The notes beneath the pieces were generated by a model. It saw only the letters and a list, made by a program, of their open reading frames with translations, did no database searches and was not told where the DNA came from. This document shows positions 1-10,145 of a DNA stretch of 64,000 nucleotides, in pieces; the stretch's first letter is position 1; the number at the start of each line of letters is the position of its first letter. Location: contig JBKAHA010000019.1 in assembly GCA_046290675.1 (NCBI GenBank), forward strand, positions 18,742 to 82,741, written 5' to 3'. This stretch comes from Aureliella sp. GTDB lineage: Bacteria > Planctomycetota > Planctomycetia > Pirellulales > Pirellulaceae. Made by a program: the position numbers and the translations under genes.

Positions 1-3
1 ACC

Positions 4-2694
4 TTACTCTTCGAATACACGCATGGCTTCGTCTAGCGTGTACTGAAGATAGTCATCAACGTCATTTTCCAGCACGCCCAAAGCCACTTCGACGACTTCA
101 TCGCTTGGCTCCAGGAACGTCATCGCACGAATGGCCTCCAGTCGAACCCGAGGATGGGAATCTTCAACGCGGGCTCGCAATAGTTCAAGAGGTCCTTCTA
201 CGTCGTCCACCCAGAACGAGAGAACACGCACAGCTGCGGCACGAGCGCGGTGGTCGTCGCAGGATAGGAGTTGTTTCAGAACATCTTCATTGACAACGTT
301 CTGCGTTTGGTAGACCCAGAGACCTTCAAGCAGGTGATGCAAATAGTCTTCATCGGACTTGTCGAGACCATCGATCCACTTCTTGGCTGCCCCAACAACT
401 TCTTCGGCATCTCGGGCGGCAAGTTCTCGACGTACCATATAGCGAATGCGGTCTTCCTTGGTTTTCAGAAGGTCCAACAAAACAGGAACCTCTTCGCCAG
501 TGATCTTGGGGACCTCGACGAGTGGTCGTGACGGGTAGGTGACTCGCCAAATACGACCGTGGCTGTGGTCACGACTTGGGTCACGCAAATTGTGTTGCAA
601 GTGACCGATCAATGCGTTGTGCCAGTCGATGATGTACAGCGAACCGTCCGGTGCGAATTGCACGTCGACGGGGCGGAAATTGCCGTCCTCGCAGTAGACG
701 ATCGGATCAACTTCTTCTCCTTCGAAACCGGAATCAACTTCGTTGATCTTATGGTTCAGAATCGTACGCTCTCCGATGCAGTTCGTGACAAGCCAGTTGC
801 CTTGCACTTCAGGCGGGAAGTGCGAGCTTCCTACCAGTTCGCAGCCTCCCAAAGGACGAATTCGTTTCTCGTAGAACGTCTTGTGACGGTAGTTTGGATC
901 GCCGCCGGTCTGCTTTGCGATCCGACGGTGTTGGGATCCACCTGGGTGCTTCAGTGGGAAATCGATCTTTCCAGAGATGGGTGCTGCCCAATAGCTAAAG
1001 CCTGGGGATGCATCGCCAATGAAATCTTGGCCCCAGTAGTCAAAGGCGTGGCCCCATGGGTTTGCGAAGGCAAAGTTGACGTGAACCCCGAACTTTTCAC
1101 TCTTCGGATGCCATCGCCAGATGCCCGCTTCGTGAAGCCGAGTAAGACCGTAGGGACTTTCGACTTGGGAGAACTTGAACGTTCCCTCTTGGAAGTACAG
1201 GTTGCCTCCAGGTCCGAATGTAAATGCCGCGATACCGTGGTGGGAGTCAGCGGAATCGAACCCAACCAGCTTGCGGATCCGCGTATCGGCTTGCTTGTCA
1301 CCGTCTTCGTCAGTGAGGAAGAGGATATCTGGCTGCTGGGCGATGTACACGCCGTCACCGGCGATTTCGAATCCTGTGGGTTGGTGTAGACCATCCGCGA
1401 ACACCGTGCAATCGTCGGCTTTACCGTCGCCGTCTTGATCGCTCAGGATCAAGAGTTTGTCGTCGAGTACCGTCTTTGGCTTCCAGTGAGGGTAGGAAGG
1501 CATCGTTGCGACCCAGACGTTACCTTCATTGTCGAAGTCAATTGCGACTGGGTTTGCCAGTTCGGGGAAGTCTTCCTCGGAAGCGAAGAGTTCAATCTTG
1601 TAGCCCGACGCAGTTTTGAAGAGTTTTTGCTGTTCTTCGGCAGTCAGGTAATCCAATGAACCAAGTTTTCCAAGCTTGGCTTGTTTGTCGTCGGGACCAC
1701 CGACATTCGTTCTAGGTTCAATGAATGGTAATGTATTGCTGTCGTCGCAACTTGCGGCAACGTCTTGGCCCTTCGCAAGCTTCCAAATCCGTTCGTCCCG
1801 ATTGGCGGCCATTTGGTCAAGGATCGCTCGCTCGCGTTCCATCACGTCGCGGTTGTTGTAGGTGCCGTCCGAGCCAGCGAGGCCGCGGTCACCGTAGATA
1901 GAGAATCCATTCACGGCACGATAGCGGTGCCACCAATGGAAATTCTTGTCATCGATTTCCGTCTTGAGGGCAGATTGTTCAACGTCACTCAGTTTGACGT
2001 CGCACTTGCCGACGAGTCCTTCGACCAAGATAGGCGCCAGGGCTTTGTAGCCCTGCTCGTTCAAGTGGCAGCCGTTGAGCGTTAGTTGATCGTCCGACGT
2101 TTCGAACAAGGCCTTTGTCGGGGTGTACAGGTCGACGAATCCGACTCCTGTCAGCTCAGCGATGCCACGCAACGCATCTGTGTATAGCGCGAGATTCTTG
2201 TTCTCTTGTTCGCCATCAGGAAGATTGCTGTCGCCGATGTTCTCAAACGCAATAGGGCTGACTAACACGATTCTTGGCGCACCATTGCCGCTGTAGTCAG
2301 CAGCCTTGGATTCCTCAACGACCTTACGAACGTCTTCTTTGAATTGCGAAACGCCATCTTCTCCGGCAAACGACTCGTTAAATCCAAAGAAGTATAAAAT
2401 CACAGACGCTTTGGAATGCTTAAGGTGAGACTCAGGCGAACCGAAGTTCTTGGAGCGAATTCGTGTAAGCGGCTCGTCACCAGGGAAGCATAGATTGCGA
2501 ACCGTGAGGTTCTGATCCGCGAGCTGTTTGTGAAGTAAGACTTCAAAGAAGTTATGGTGCTGTAGACGCTCGCCTAGTTCGTTTCCAACTAGGCAGATGT
2601 GGTCGCCTTTCTGTAACTTGACCGCGTCTGCGTTGGCTAATCCGCCAAAGCAAGCCGCGAGTAAACCGAGCAGTGGGACGATGCCTCGTTTCAT
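4..2694 (-). CDS. Secreted PVC-type membrane-bound dehydrogenase-like protein: N-terminal SGNH/GDSL domain, beta-propeller, C-terminal HEAT repeats
   Basis: ORF 4..2844; likely start is the ATG at 2694 (MKRGIVPLLGLLAACFGGLANA signal peptide). Seen: SGNH-like blocks (LVGNELGE, FFGFNES, NGCHLN), propeller motifs (ELFASEEDFPELANPVAIDFD, GNFRPVDVQFAPDGSLYIIDW) and HEAT repeats (RVRLEAIRAM). No CxxCH heme motif. Confidence 0.75.
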   Translation of the reverse strand: MKRGIVPLLGLLAACFGGLANADAVKLQKGDHICLVGNELGERLQHHNFFEVLLHKQLADQNLTVRNLCFPGDEPLTRIRSKNFGSPESHLKHSKASVILYFFGFNESFAGEDGVSQFKEDVRKVVEESKAADYSGNGAPRIVLVSPIAFENIGDSNLPDGEQENKNLALYTDALRGIAELTGVGFVDLYTPTKALFETSDDQLTLNGCHLNEQGYKALAPILVEGLVGKCDVKLSDVEQSALKTEIDDKNFHWWHRYRAVNGFSIYGDRGLAGSDGTYNNRDVMERERAILDQMAANRDERIWKLAKGQDVAASCDDSNTLPFIEPRTNVGGPDDKQAKLGKLGSLDYLTAEEQQKLFKTASGYKIELFASEEDFPELANPVAIDFDNEGNVWVATMPSYPHWKPKTVLDDKLLILSDQDGDGKADDCTVFADGLHQPTGFEIAGDGVYIAQQPDILFLTDEDGDKQADTRIRKLVGFDSADSHHGIAAFTFGPGGNLYFQEGTFKFSQVESPYGLTRLHEAGIWRWHPKSEKFGVHVNFAFANPWGHAFDYWGQDFIGDASPGFSYWAAPISGKIDFPLKHPGGSQHRRIAKQTGGDPNYRHKTFYEKRIRPLGGCELVGSSHFPPEVQGNWLVTNCIGERTILNHKINEVDSGFEGEEVDPIVYCEDGNFRPVDVQFAPDGSLYIIDWHNALIGHLQHNLRDPSRDHSHGRIWRVTYPSRPLVEVPKITGEEVPVLLDLLKTKEDRIRYMVRRELAARDAEEVVGAAKKWIDGLDKSDEDYLHHLLEGLWVYQTQNVVNEDVLKQLLSCDDHRARAAAVRVLSFWVDDVEGPLELLRARVEDSHPRVRLEAIRAMTFLEPSDEVVEVALGVLENDVDDYLQYTLDEAMRVFEE

Positions 2695-3130
2695 GCTTCT
2701 ACCTGTTTCGAGTTGTCTTGGGGGGATGGTGATGGGGCCACCTGCGTTCAGTGCCCGAGATCCATTGCGGCTCTTGGAGTCGCAAAAAACAGATCTCAGT
2801 GTCGCATCATGTTTTGCCCAAATTCTAATCGAATGTCCTTCCAACAGGGACGCTACCAGGGCGGCCGTTGAGGGATTCGGTCAACTCTCCGAGAGCGACG
2901 GAGCGAATTCGCCATTCGGGACTCGTGTTTGGGGGCAAACGCGGCGACCGGGGGCCCTCGATAAGTCGGTTTGAGTCCCGGCAAATCACGAACCAAGTCC
3001 CGACAAATCACCAACCGATCGCAATATCGCCTAGGCGACGGAGTCTGCACACAAGTCACCGTGAAGCAGATCGACCATGGTCAGAGTACCACGCAATAGA
3101 AAGCTTGAGCAGAACGGATTTGCTCAAAAG

Positions 3131-4258
3131 CTATTGAGGTAGGCGAACAAAGAGGATCAGATTCTCTAGCTCTTCGCCTTGGGACGGATCCATCGTCAGC
3201 ATATTCAGCTGCCCGAATCCCTTCTCCCGTTTCGCGGCCGAAACCAATTTGCCTTCGCTACCGATGCCGCGGAACGGAGACGCGCGGTTTGAATCAGCTG
3301 ACGCGATTGGAGCCATGAATGATTCGTTCGAAACGAAACGGGTACCGCTGTTTTTCAAAAGAGTTTTGAATAATCCAACGTTGGGAGTATCGAAACCCAA
3401 AGCAAACTTCACATTCGGGAACGAAACTCGGTCACCGTAGATTTCATCCAACGCGGCGCCTAAGCTTCGAATTGGAGCTCGAACCAAATGCACGTACGCA
3501 TCCGTTGCCTGACCCGACTGACCGACATTCATTCTCGCTTGTTCGATCATCCCCTGCACTTGATCGTTGACTGCAAGAGGTTCCTTCGGGTCGATCCCGT
3601 GCTTTTTAAGGATCGCTTCGATCTTCTTATTCTTTAATGCCTCTTCGGTTGCTTCGATGTCGACTTCCAACAAGTACATGATCGCGGGAAACTGCATCTC
3701 GCTCACATACTCAACTTGAGCCGAGGGGTCGCCGATCGTAGGGATCTCTGGCTTTGTCTCGGGATCTGACTCCGTGCCAGGACTCGAATCAAATGGAGAT
3801 TCAGGATCATTGGAAACGATTGTCGTGGTCGGTTCTTGGTCCACCGTTTCCGACTGTCCAAGCTGCGGACCGTCCTTCGGCGCAAGGAAGCCGGGAAGAA
3901 AGACCGCCAGAGCTACGGATGCGGCGATAGCCGCCGCAAAGATCCACAGCTTCGTGCCCACTTCGCGATGACCGGCTGCGTCGGAAGAAGTTGGGACTAG
4001 CGTTGGTTCCGCTGACTTCGCCGCCTCGCATGCGGCCAAAACTCCGGCAGAGAATGACGGAGGTAGTTCGGTTGACGCCGACGACTCTTTGAAATGGTCT
4101 TTCAAGAGCGATGACATTTCCTGCAATGACTCAAAGTCATTTCGTGCCGTTTCGTTCTGCTCAAGGACCTGGTCCAACTGCGAACGCTCTTCGGCACTAA
4201 GCTCGTCGTCGAGCTTGGCGTTCAGCAGTTCGTCGAAGTTGTCAGGCTTAAGCGACAT
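3131..4258 (-). CDS. Anti-sigma factor-like membrane protein
   Basis: N-terminal ELLNAKLDDELSAEERSQLDQVL resembles an anti-sigma (zf-HC2-like) domain, followed by one TM helix (LWIFAAAIAASVALAVFL). No sigma gene is adjacent. Confidence 0.5.
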   Translation of the reverse strand: MSLKPDNFDELLNAKLDDELSAEERSQLDQVLEQNETARNDFESLQEMSSLLKDHFKESSASTELPPSFSAGVLAACEAAKSAEPTLVPTSSDAAGHREVGTKLWIFAAAIAASVALAVFLPGFLAPKDGPQLGQSETVDQEPTTTIVSNDPESPFDSSPGTESDPETKPEIPTIGDPSAQVEYVSEMQFPAIMYLLEVDIEATEEALKNKKIEAILKKHGIDPKEPLAVNDQVQGMIEQARMNVGQSGQATDAYVHLVRAPIRSLGAALDEIYGDRVSFPNVKFALGFDTPNVGLFKTLLKNSGTRFVSNESFMAPIASADSNRASPFRGIGSEGKLVSAAKREKGFGQLNMLTMDPSQGEELENLILFVRLPQ

Positions 4259-4570
4259 GAAACGATCAAAAATCTAAGCGAGCTTGGGAGATCCAGGCGT
4301 TGAATTAGGTCTGCTCAATATGCTGCTGGTGTCCGCATTTCATTGTGCTTTCAAGGGAGAAAGTCACAGCGTACCGGACCTGTGGGGATTGCGGCCGGGG
4401 CCGGCCATACTGTACCGGTCTGCCCAAACTAGCCAATCAAGCCGTATGTCTCAACTTGAACCAGTCCGGGCACTCTTCTCCGACGAGCTATCGCCGATAC
4501 AGTTCCCGGGCGAACATGGTTTTCCTATCTTTTTGAGTACTTTGAGTGAAAACGACCTTAGAATGCCCCT

Positions 4571-5101
4571 CTATGGGGTAGTTGGACCATCGTCAAGCGC
4601 CTCGTTATGAGACACCTCGCGGTCTTCCCATTCCTCTCGGGCCCGTCGATTTTCAAGGTAGTTGTTCAGGATGAGATGAGCCGCGAGACGGTCGACTCTT
4701 TTTTTTCGTTTGGCAAAACTCAGTTCCGAGTCCTGCATCAGCCGCTTTGCTTCCTTGGTTGTAAATCGTTCGTCGAAGAACGCATAAGGCAGCTCCGTCC
4801 GTTCTGTCAGCCATGTCGCAAAGGCCCGAACTTCGCCCGACTTTTGACTTTCTTTCCCATCGCAGTGAATCGGTAACCCGATAACCCAGCCGGCAATCTC
4901 TTCTTTTTGGGCCAGTTCGACAAAGTACTTTTCGTCGAGACGCTCGTTGCGACGGTTGTAGGTTTCAAATGGAGTGACCCATGTCTGCGAGGGATCACAG
5001 GTGGCTAAGCCAATACGCACCGTCCCAAAGTCGATTCCGAACAATCGGCCTTCGCGCGGCAAATCGGGCTGTTGATCTTCGTCGAGTTCTAGTTCAGTCA
5101 T
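4571..5101 (-). CDS. ruvX: Holliday junction resolvase-like protein RuvX/YqgF
   Basis: GIDFGTVRIGLA, VIGLP, FFDERFTT and VDRLAAHLIL motifs of the YqgF family. Confidence 0.9.
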   Translation of the reverse strand: MTELELDEDQQPDLPREGRLFGIDFGTVRIGLATCDPSQTWVTPFETYNRRNERLDEKYFVELAQKEEIAGWVIGLPIHCDGKESQKSGEVRAFATWLTERTELPYAFFDERFTTKEAKRLMQDSELSFAKRKKRVDRLAAHLILNNYLENRRAREEWEDREVSHNEALDDGPTTP

Positions 5102-5118
5102 TACTTTCGATCATCTGC

Positions 5119-5793
5119 TTAGGAAGCGGACGAATTCAGCAGGCGGCAGATTGCATCATACCGAGCCTGCGTACGCTTTGTTCGATGCGTTAGGTTACGC
5201 AGATAAACTTGCTCCTCGCGTAGTCTAGCGAATAGCCGAGCATCTCGCCTTTTCAGTAGCAGTGGGCCGAATAGAAATCCGGCTTCAAGGTCGATCGATT
5301 CGTACGCGGGATCGTTTGGGCTGAGTCGCTCGGAGTCGGCTGGCATTGGAATCGCCGAGCGTCCGCGTGCCATCGCGGAAAACTGTCTGGGATTATGGTA
5401 GACGAGGATGGTGAATAACTTCGAAGTTAACGCTTCGTCGTGCAATCGGAATCCGGTGTGAAACGCCCACTCACGGACCTGCTCAATGTCCTTGTTCGGT
5501 TGGAGAAAAATCCACTGGGGTACACGATTGGGGTGTCGATTCAGGATCGAAATCATCGATCGGCCCCCCATCCCGCAGATGCTCAAGCCATCGCACTCGT
5601 TCGTGGTGATTGGATCTAGACCGTCCCCCAATCGCACTTCCGCGTGCAAGCCGTTAAGAGCCATCAACGAGTTCAGCCGTGGCTGCGTTTTGTTTTCGAC
5701 AGCGATACCGAACGAGATCGTTTCCGACCTCAAGAGACTTGCCAGCAAAGACGCATGATCGGATCCCACATCGCATAACGTCCAATCCGGCAT
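5119..5793 (-). CDS. trmK: tRNA (adenine(22)-N1)-methyltransferase TrmK family
   Basis: CDVGSDHA SAM motif, RLGDGLDPI, ICGMGGRSMISIL, LQPN. The true start is probably upstream (see findings). Confidence 0.8.
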   Translation of the reverse strand: MPDWTLCDVGSDHASLLASLLRSETISFGIAVENKTQPRLNSLMALNGLHAEVRLGDGLDPITTNECDGLSICGMGGRSMISILNRHPNRVPQWIFLQPNKDIEQVREWAFHTGFRLHDEALTSKLFTILVYHNPRQFSAMARGRSAIPMPADSERLSPNDPAYESIDLEAGFLFGPLLLKRRDARLFARLREEQVYLRNLTHRTKRTQARYDAICRLLNSSAS

Positions 5794-5974
5794 GGCAATA
5801 CTTGCGATGGCGGCGGCAACGGTTTGTAAGCGAGCGTCGATAGGAGAGGACCTGGCACTGGCAGCGAATTCAATTTCGATACCGTATCAGTTTGCTTTAT
5901 CCGAGGACGGCGTACCAGTAGATGGCGTGCTGGGCCCTGTATTAGGCGTGTTCTTAGCTGGAGCGGCTCAAAAG

Positions 5975-6541
5975 TTAGTCCATCAAGAACTGAAAGAAGT
6001 AGAGACCGCTGTAGACAACGACTTGGGTTGCACCGGTGTTAATGTCACCGTCATCCATGACTTTGTCGAGCTCGACCAGTTTGTCCTGTATTTTTCCATA
6101 CTGCCGGTTTTTGAATGCGATGCCGATTCCGAAGTTGGGCGCGAGCGTGCCTGGACCATTCCAATCGTACTGGCCGCCAAAGGGCTTCTTAGACCAGACC
6201 GCGGCGGGCAGCATTCCTTGCAATTCTGGAGGTTCCGTTCCCTCACTTGCGTCTGCCGGTAGCTGACCTGTTTCAGCCTTCACCAACTCGGCGGCAGAAG
6301 CGATGATCCGCATTTCGCGAGCTGTTGCGGCTAGAGTGGCCTCATCGCCACGGTCTTTGAAAACGGGTAGCGTCGCGGCGGCAAGAATCGCAATGATCAC
6401 GATGACCACAACCAATTCAATGAGCGTAAAGGCGGCTCGACTTTCTAATTGCGTTCTCAATGATCTATCACTCAATGGACCGAAGGTAGGGCGGGAGCAT
6501 GGCCCATGATGCGACGCATCGATAGGGATGCATGAAATCAA
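5975..6541 (-). CDS. Prepilin-type N-terminal cleavage/methylation protein (pseudopilin GspG-like)
   Basis: RAAFTLIELVVVIVIIAILAAATLP type IV pilin motif and KKPFGGQYDW GspG-like segment. Exact start uncertain. Confidence 0.75.
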   Translation of the reverse strand: MISCIPIDASHHGPCSRPTFGPLSDRSLRTQLESRAAFTLIELVVVIVIIAILAAATLPVFKDRGDEATLAATAREMRIIASAAELVKAETGQLPADASEGTEPPELQGMLPAAVWSKKPFGGQYDWNGPGTLAPNFGIGIAFKNRQYGKIQDKLVELDKVMDDGDINTGATQVVVYSGLYFFQFLMD

Positions 6542-6775
6542 ACGGCGTACTTCAACCTAGGTCCTTCTGACTGCCAGGTGGGCGACTCGCACGCTTTTGG
6601 CCGCTGGCGAGGTGCGTGAGGAGCTCCATGCCCATCTAATCTGAACAAGCGTCAAATTCGAATTCTGCACGCCGCCTCCCGCGGGAATTTTTGCGGTCTG
6701 GGTCGACTGTGCCTGCGGATGCCTAGGAGGATCGCATATTGGCGTAGATATTTCCGTTTCTCAACTGAGATCGCT

Positions 6776-8770
6776 ATGCGCGCCAAGTTCATTGCATTAA
6801 TCGTATTCATTTGGTTTTTCACCGTTGGAAGCAGCCTTGTTCACGCTGAAGCCGTTGAAGCAGCGGAAACGCCAGGCCTTTCGCAACGATTGGACATTCT
6901 GTGGGTGCTACTTGCGGCAGCCATGGTCTTCTTGATGCAAGCCGGATTCATGTGCGTTGAGTCAGGTCTGGCTCGTGCGAAGAATTCAATCAACGTTGCC
7001 ATCAAGAATATGGCGGACTTCCTGTTGGCCGTATTCTCGTTTTGGGCCGTAGGATTTGGGCTCATGTTTGGTGCGAGTTGGGGCGGCTGGATCGGGACGA
7101 CGGATTTCTTTGTCTCCGTAGAGGCGGATCCTTGGCTGGCCGCGTTTGTTGTGTTCCAAGCGGTCTTCGCGGGCACGGCAGCGACGATTGACTCGGGGGC
7201 CATCGCAGAACGGACTCGATTCGGAGCTTACCTTGTTGTTTCGTTGATTACTTCTGGATTGATCTATCCGATCTTTGGTCACTGGGCGTGGGGCAGCCTT
7301 TTCAATGGCGAAACTCAAGGTTGGCTCGAGGCAATGGGCTTTATCGACTTCGCCGGTTCTACGGTGGTGCACTCGGTTGGTGGCTGGGTGGCTTTAGCCG
7401 GAATCGTCGTTATCGGTCCTCGGCTGGGCAAATTTGAGAATGGCGAAGTTCGAAAGATCCAACCACACAGTTTGCCACTCGTTTACTTGGGCGTTTTCAT
7501 CCTGTTCTTCGGATGGTTTGGGTTCAATTGCGGGAGCACGCTCGAGGCGACCCCTAGCATCGCCGTCATCGCCTGGCACACGATGTTGGCGGCGTGCATC
7601 GCGGGAGCGACGAGCTCCGCGGTTAGTTGGATGATCGATGGTATGCCAGAACCAGAGATGATTGGGAACGGCGTTTTAGGCGGACTGGTTGGGATTACAG
7701 CGGGTTGCGCACACGTCTCTACAATGGGTTCGGTTGCCATCGGGGCTGGAGCGGGGATCACCGTATTTTTCGTAAGCCGCTTTGTTGAGCGAAAACTCAA
7801 GCTCGATGATGTCGTCGGCGCCGTAGCCGTCCACGGCGTCTGTGGTGCATTCGGTACCGTGGCGTTGGCTTTCTTCGTGGTGCCAGAAATGATGCCCGAA
7901 GGCGCGACGACCCTAGGCTTGCTCGGCGTTCAATTGACAGGTGTAGCGGCCTGTGCCGCTTGGTCGTTCGGGGTCGGATTCTTAGTACTGTCGATCGTGA
8001 ATGCGATTTGCCCATTGCGGGTAGATCCCGAAGACGAACGCGTTGGACTGAATGTCGCGGAGCATGGCGCCACCTCAAGCATGCTTGATCTGGTGAATTC
8101 AATGAGTCACGTCACGAAAACGGGTGACTATTCGGATAAGGCAATGGTCGAGCCCGAATACGGCACCGAAGTTGGTGATCTGGCCAGTTCCTTCAACGAG
8201 ATGGTCGGCGCGATTCGAGCCGAGAAAGATCTAAGCCAAGCAGCCGCTGACAGCGAGCGGACGAAAGCCGTCGAGCTTGAAAAGAGCCTCGCCAAAATGC
8301 GTCAGACCGACGCGAAAATGAAGGAAGAAAAACGCAAGCTACAGACGACCGCCGAGTCGACTGCAGGACTTACACGCCAGTTGGCCGAACGCGGCAACGA
8401 GACGATTGAAAGCTCGCTGGGTGCAATCGGCGGGATTAAAGATAGCTCGGCTCGAATCAACGAGGCCTTACAGGCTGTGACGGAGATCTCAGATCAAACC
8501 AACATGCTGGCCTTGAACGCCACCATCGAAGCGACTCGCGCGGGCGAAGCTGGCAAAGGTTTCGCCGTCGTCGCCAATGAGGTGAAGGAGCTTGCAAAGC
8601 AATCCCACTCGCTGGCGGGAGATATTGGTCGGTTGATCGACGAGAACGGCAAACGAATTGAAAATGGTGTTGAACTCGGCAACCAAACGAAAGAGGTCTT
8701 TCAAGAGATTATTGCGGCCAGCGAAGCGACAGCACGCGATATCAGCGAGCTTGCCGCAGCGCAGGACTAG
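6776..8770 (+). CDS. amt: Ammonium transporter fused to HAMP and methyl-accepting chemotaxis signalling domain
   Basis: ORF opens at 6719; probable ATG at 6776. Amt motifs [36 protein letters not shown]; HAMP-like [13 protein letters not shown]; MCP hairpin [34 protein letters not shown]. Confidence 0.9.
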   Translation: MRAKFIALIVFIWFFTVGSSLVHAEAVEAAETPGLSQRLDILWVLLAAAMVFLMQAGFMCVESGLARAKNSINVAIKNMADFLLAVFSFWAVGFGLMFGASWGGWIGTTDFFVSVEADPWLAAFVVFQAVFAGTAATIDSGAIAERTRFGAYLVVSLITSGLIYPIFGHWAWGSLFNGETQGWLEAMGFIDFAGSTVVHSVGGWVALAGIVVIGPRLGKFENGEVRKIQPHSLPLVYLGVFILFFGWFGFNCGSTLEATPSIAVIAWHTMLAACIAGATSSAVSWMIDGMPEPEMIGNGVLGGLVGITAGCAHVSTMGSVAIGAGAGITVFFVSRFVERKLKLDDVVGAVAVHGVCGAFGTVALAFFVVPEMMPEGATTLGLLGVQLTGVAACAAWSFGVGFLVLSIVNAICPLRVDPEDERVGLNVAEHGATSSMLDLVNSMSHVTKTGDYSDKAMVEPEYGTEVGDLASSFNEMVGAIRAEKDLSQAAADSERTKAVELEKSLAKMRQTDAKMKEEKRKLQTTAESTAGLTRQLAERGNETIESSLGAIGGIKDSSARINEALQAVTEISDQTNMLALNATIEATRAGEAGKGFAVVANEVKELAKQSHSLAGDIGRLIDENGKRIENGVELGNQTKEVFQEIIAASEATARDISELAAAQD

Positions 8771-8966
8771 CCAGCAGCAACCTATCAACAAGTTGGTTTC
8801 AACCAATTTGTTTGGGCGAAGCATCGTCGGCCCACCCTGCCCTTGCCCCATCCAGACAGGCGGGACATCTTTCAAGAACTCCATGAGTGAGCTCTTGCTT
8901 TGGCTGCTCAGTCCGTTGCTGCTTAAGCAAGGGTTTGGTCCTGTTACCTTCTGTGACCGACCTTTG

Positions 8967-9872
8967 TCATGGTTCTTTTTCAGCCGCCTGCGAGGCGACT
9001 TGCGTTTCGCTGCGGGCCAATGACCCAGGTCGCAGAAGCTCTAAACCTGCCTGCCGTGCAAACATCAACGGCATCGCGAAGAACAATCCATAGCCGGCAA
9101 GGTAGCCGAAGATTAATACGATCAATTGCGGGAGAAAGGCAGTCGTAAATGTTGTCAACAAGACGCTGCCTCCGATAACGAAGGAGAAGTAGAGCACGCA
9201 TCCCTGCTCGGACTCACGGCTCGGCGAAAGTAAGAACAAGATCGCTGGCAGCGTCAGCAAACTGTACACAAATGAAGCCCAGATCAAAGCATAAATGCCG
9301 AGGCTGTACCAAGCCGTGTTACCCGTCGTAACACGGTTGAGGGCGACGAACCCGGTGCGTCCCACCATCAGTACGAACGCGACGACGGCCGTCAGAATCA
9401 TGATGTCCCAAATCGTGGGTGTTTCTGCCTCTGCACGTAACTCGCTGATGTCACCCGGGAATCCGATGCTCCATTGAAGGAAGCGGCGTGTCACAAAGTG
9501 GGGGACCTGGCAAACCAACCAGAGAGTAGGCCCGAGAGCCAACATCAGGCTCCAAAGCTGGTTTGCCTCATCCGGTGTATTGATGGCTGCAGGTAGTAAT
9601 CCACAGAGGGCCACCGTGCCCCCGGAAACGAAGGAGAGTATTGATCGAATCCAGTAGGCACCAGATCCCAATGCCGCCCACATCGAGCACAAGTGGAGCG
9701 TGGCGGATGCCAGGGCGAGCCCTATGACCGGAAACATCACCGCCGTCGATCCAGAAAACAGCGTCAGGCATAGGAAGCCGAGCAATACCGAGTAGGTCGC
9801 AACGAACCAGGCAATAAAGCGAAAACGTCGGACTCCGTCATGCATCACCGTTGGCAGCGTTCGGCGTTGCAT
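8967..9872 (-). CDS. Polytopic membrane protein, function unknown
   Basis: 301-aa ORF with roughly eight hydrophobic segments; no family motif recognised. Confidence 0.6.
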   Translation of the reverse strand: MQRRTLPTVMHDGVRRFRFIAWFVATYSVLLGFLCLTLFSGSTAVMFPVIGLALASATLHLCSMWAALGSGAYWIRSILSFVSGGTVALCGLLPAAINTPDEANQLWSLMLALGPTLWLVCQVPHFVTRRFLQWSIGFPGDISELRAEAETPTIWDIMILTAVVAFVLMVGRTGFVALNRVTTGNTAWYSLGIYALIWASFVYSLLTLPAILFLLSPSRESEQGCVLYFSFVIGGSVLLTTFTTAFLPQLIVLIFGYLAGYGLFFAMPLMFARQAGLELLRPGSLARSETQVASQAAEKEP

Positions 9873-10145
9873 TTGCTTGGCGACCTTTACAGGAATTGTC
9901 TTCGGATTTTTTGCTCACACTTCAAAAATCAAGGCAACCGCTGAAAGTAGCTCAGTACTTTGAAGCGAAGTTGAGCTTAGAATTGTACTTGTTCTTCAGA
10001 GCTCAAGTGACGTCGGTTTTTGCGGCACGGTCATCTCCCGCACACCGACGGGCTGGCGTCGATCGATTCATGCAGGCAGGCGTCGTCACCGAGTCTCGTT
10101 AGAACGAATCATCCTTGGCGCTGTTTAGCAGTGTGATTTGAGGCT

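Noticed and set aside
559-1389. Long antisense ORFs such as 559..1389 and similar ones over drm, amt and degP genes
   Set aside because: They are shadows of well-supported genes on the opposite strand and carry no motifs.
4-2694. PVC-type dehydrogenase lacking a CxxCH cytochrome domain
   Set aside because: Split architectures are plausible in this family and the partner gene may lie outside the window; no evidence of novelty.
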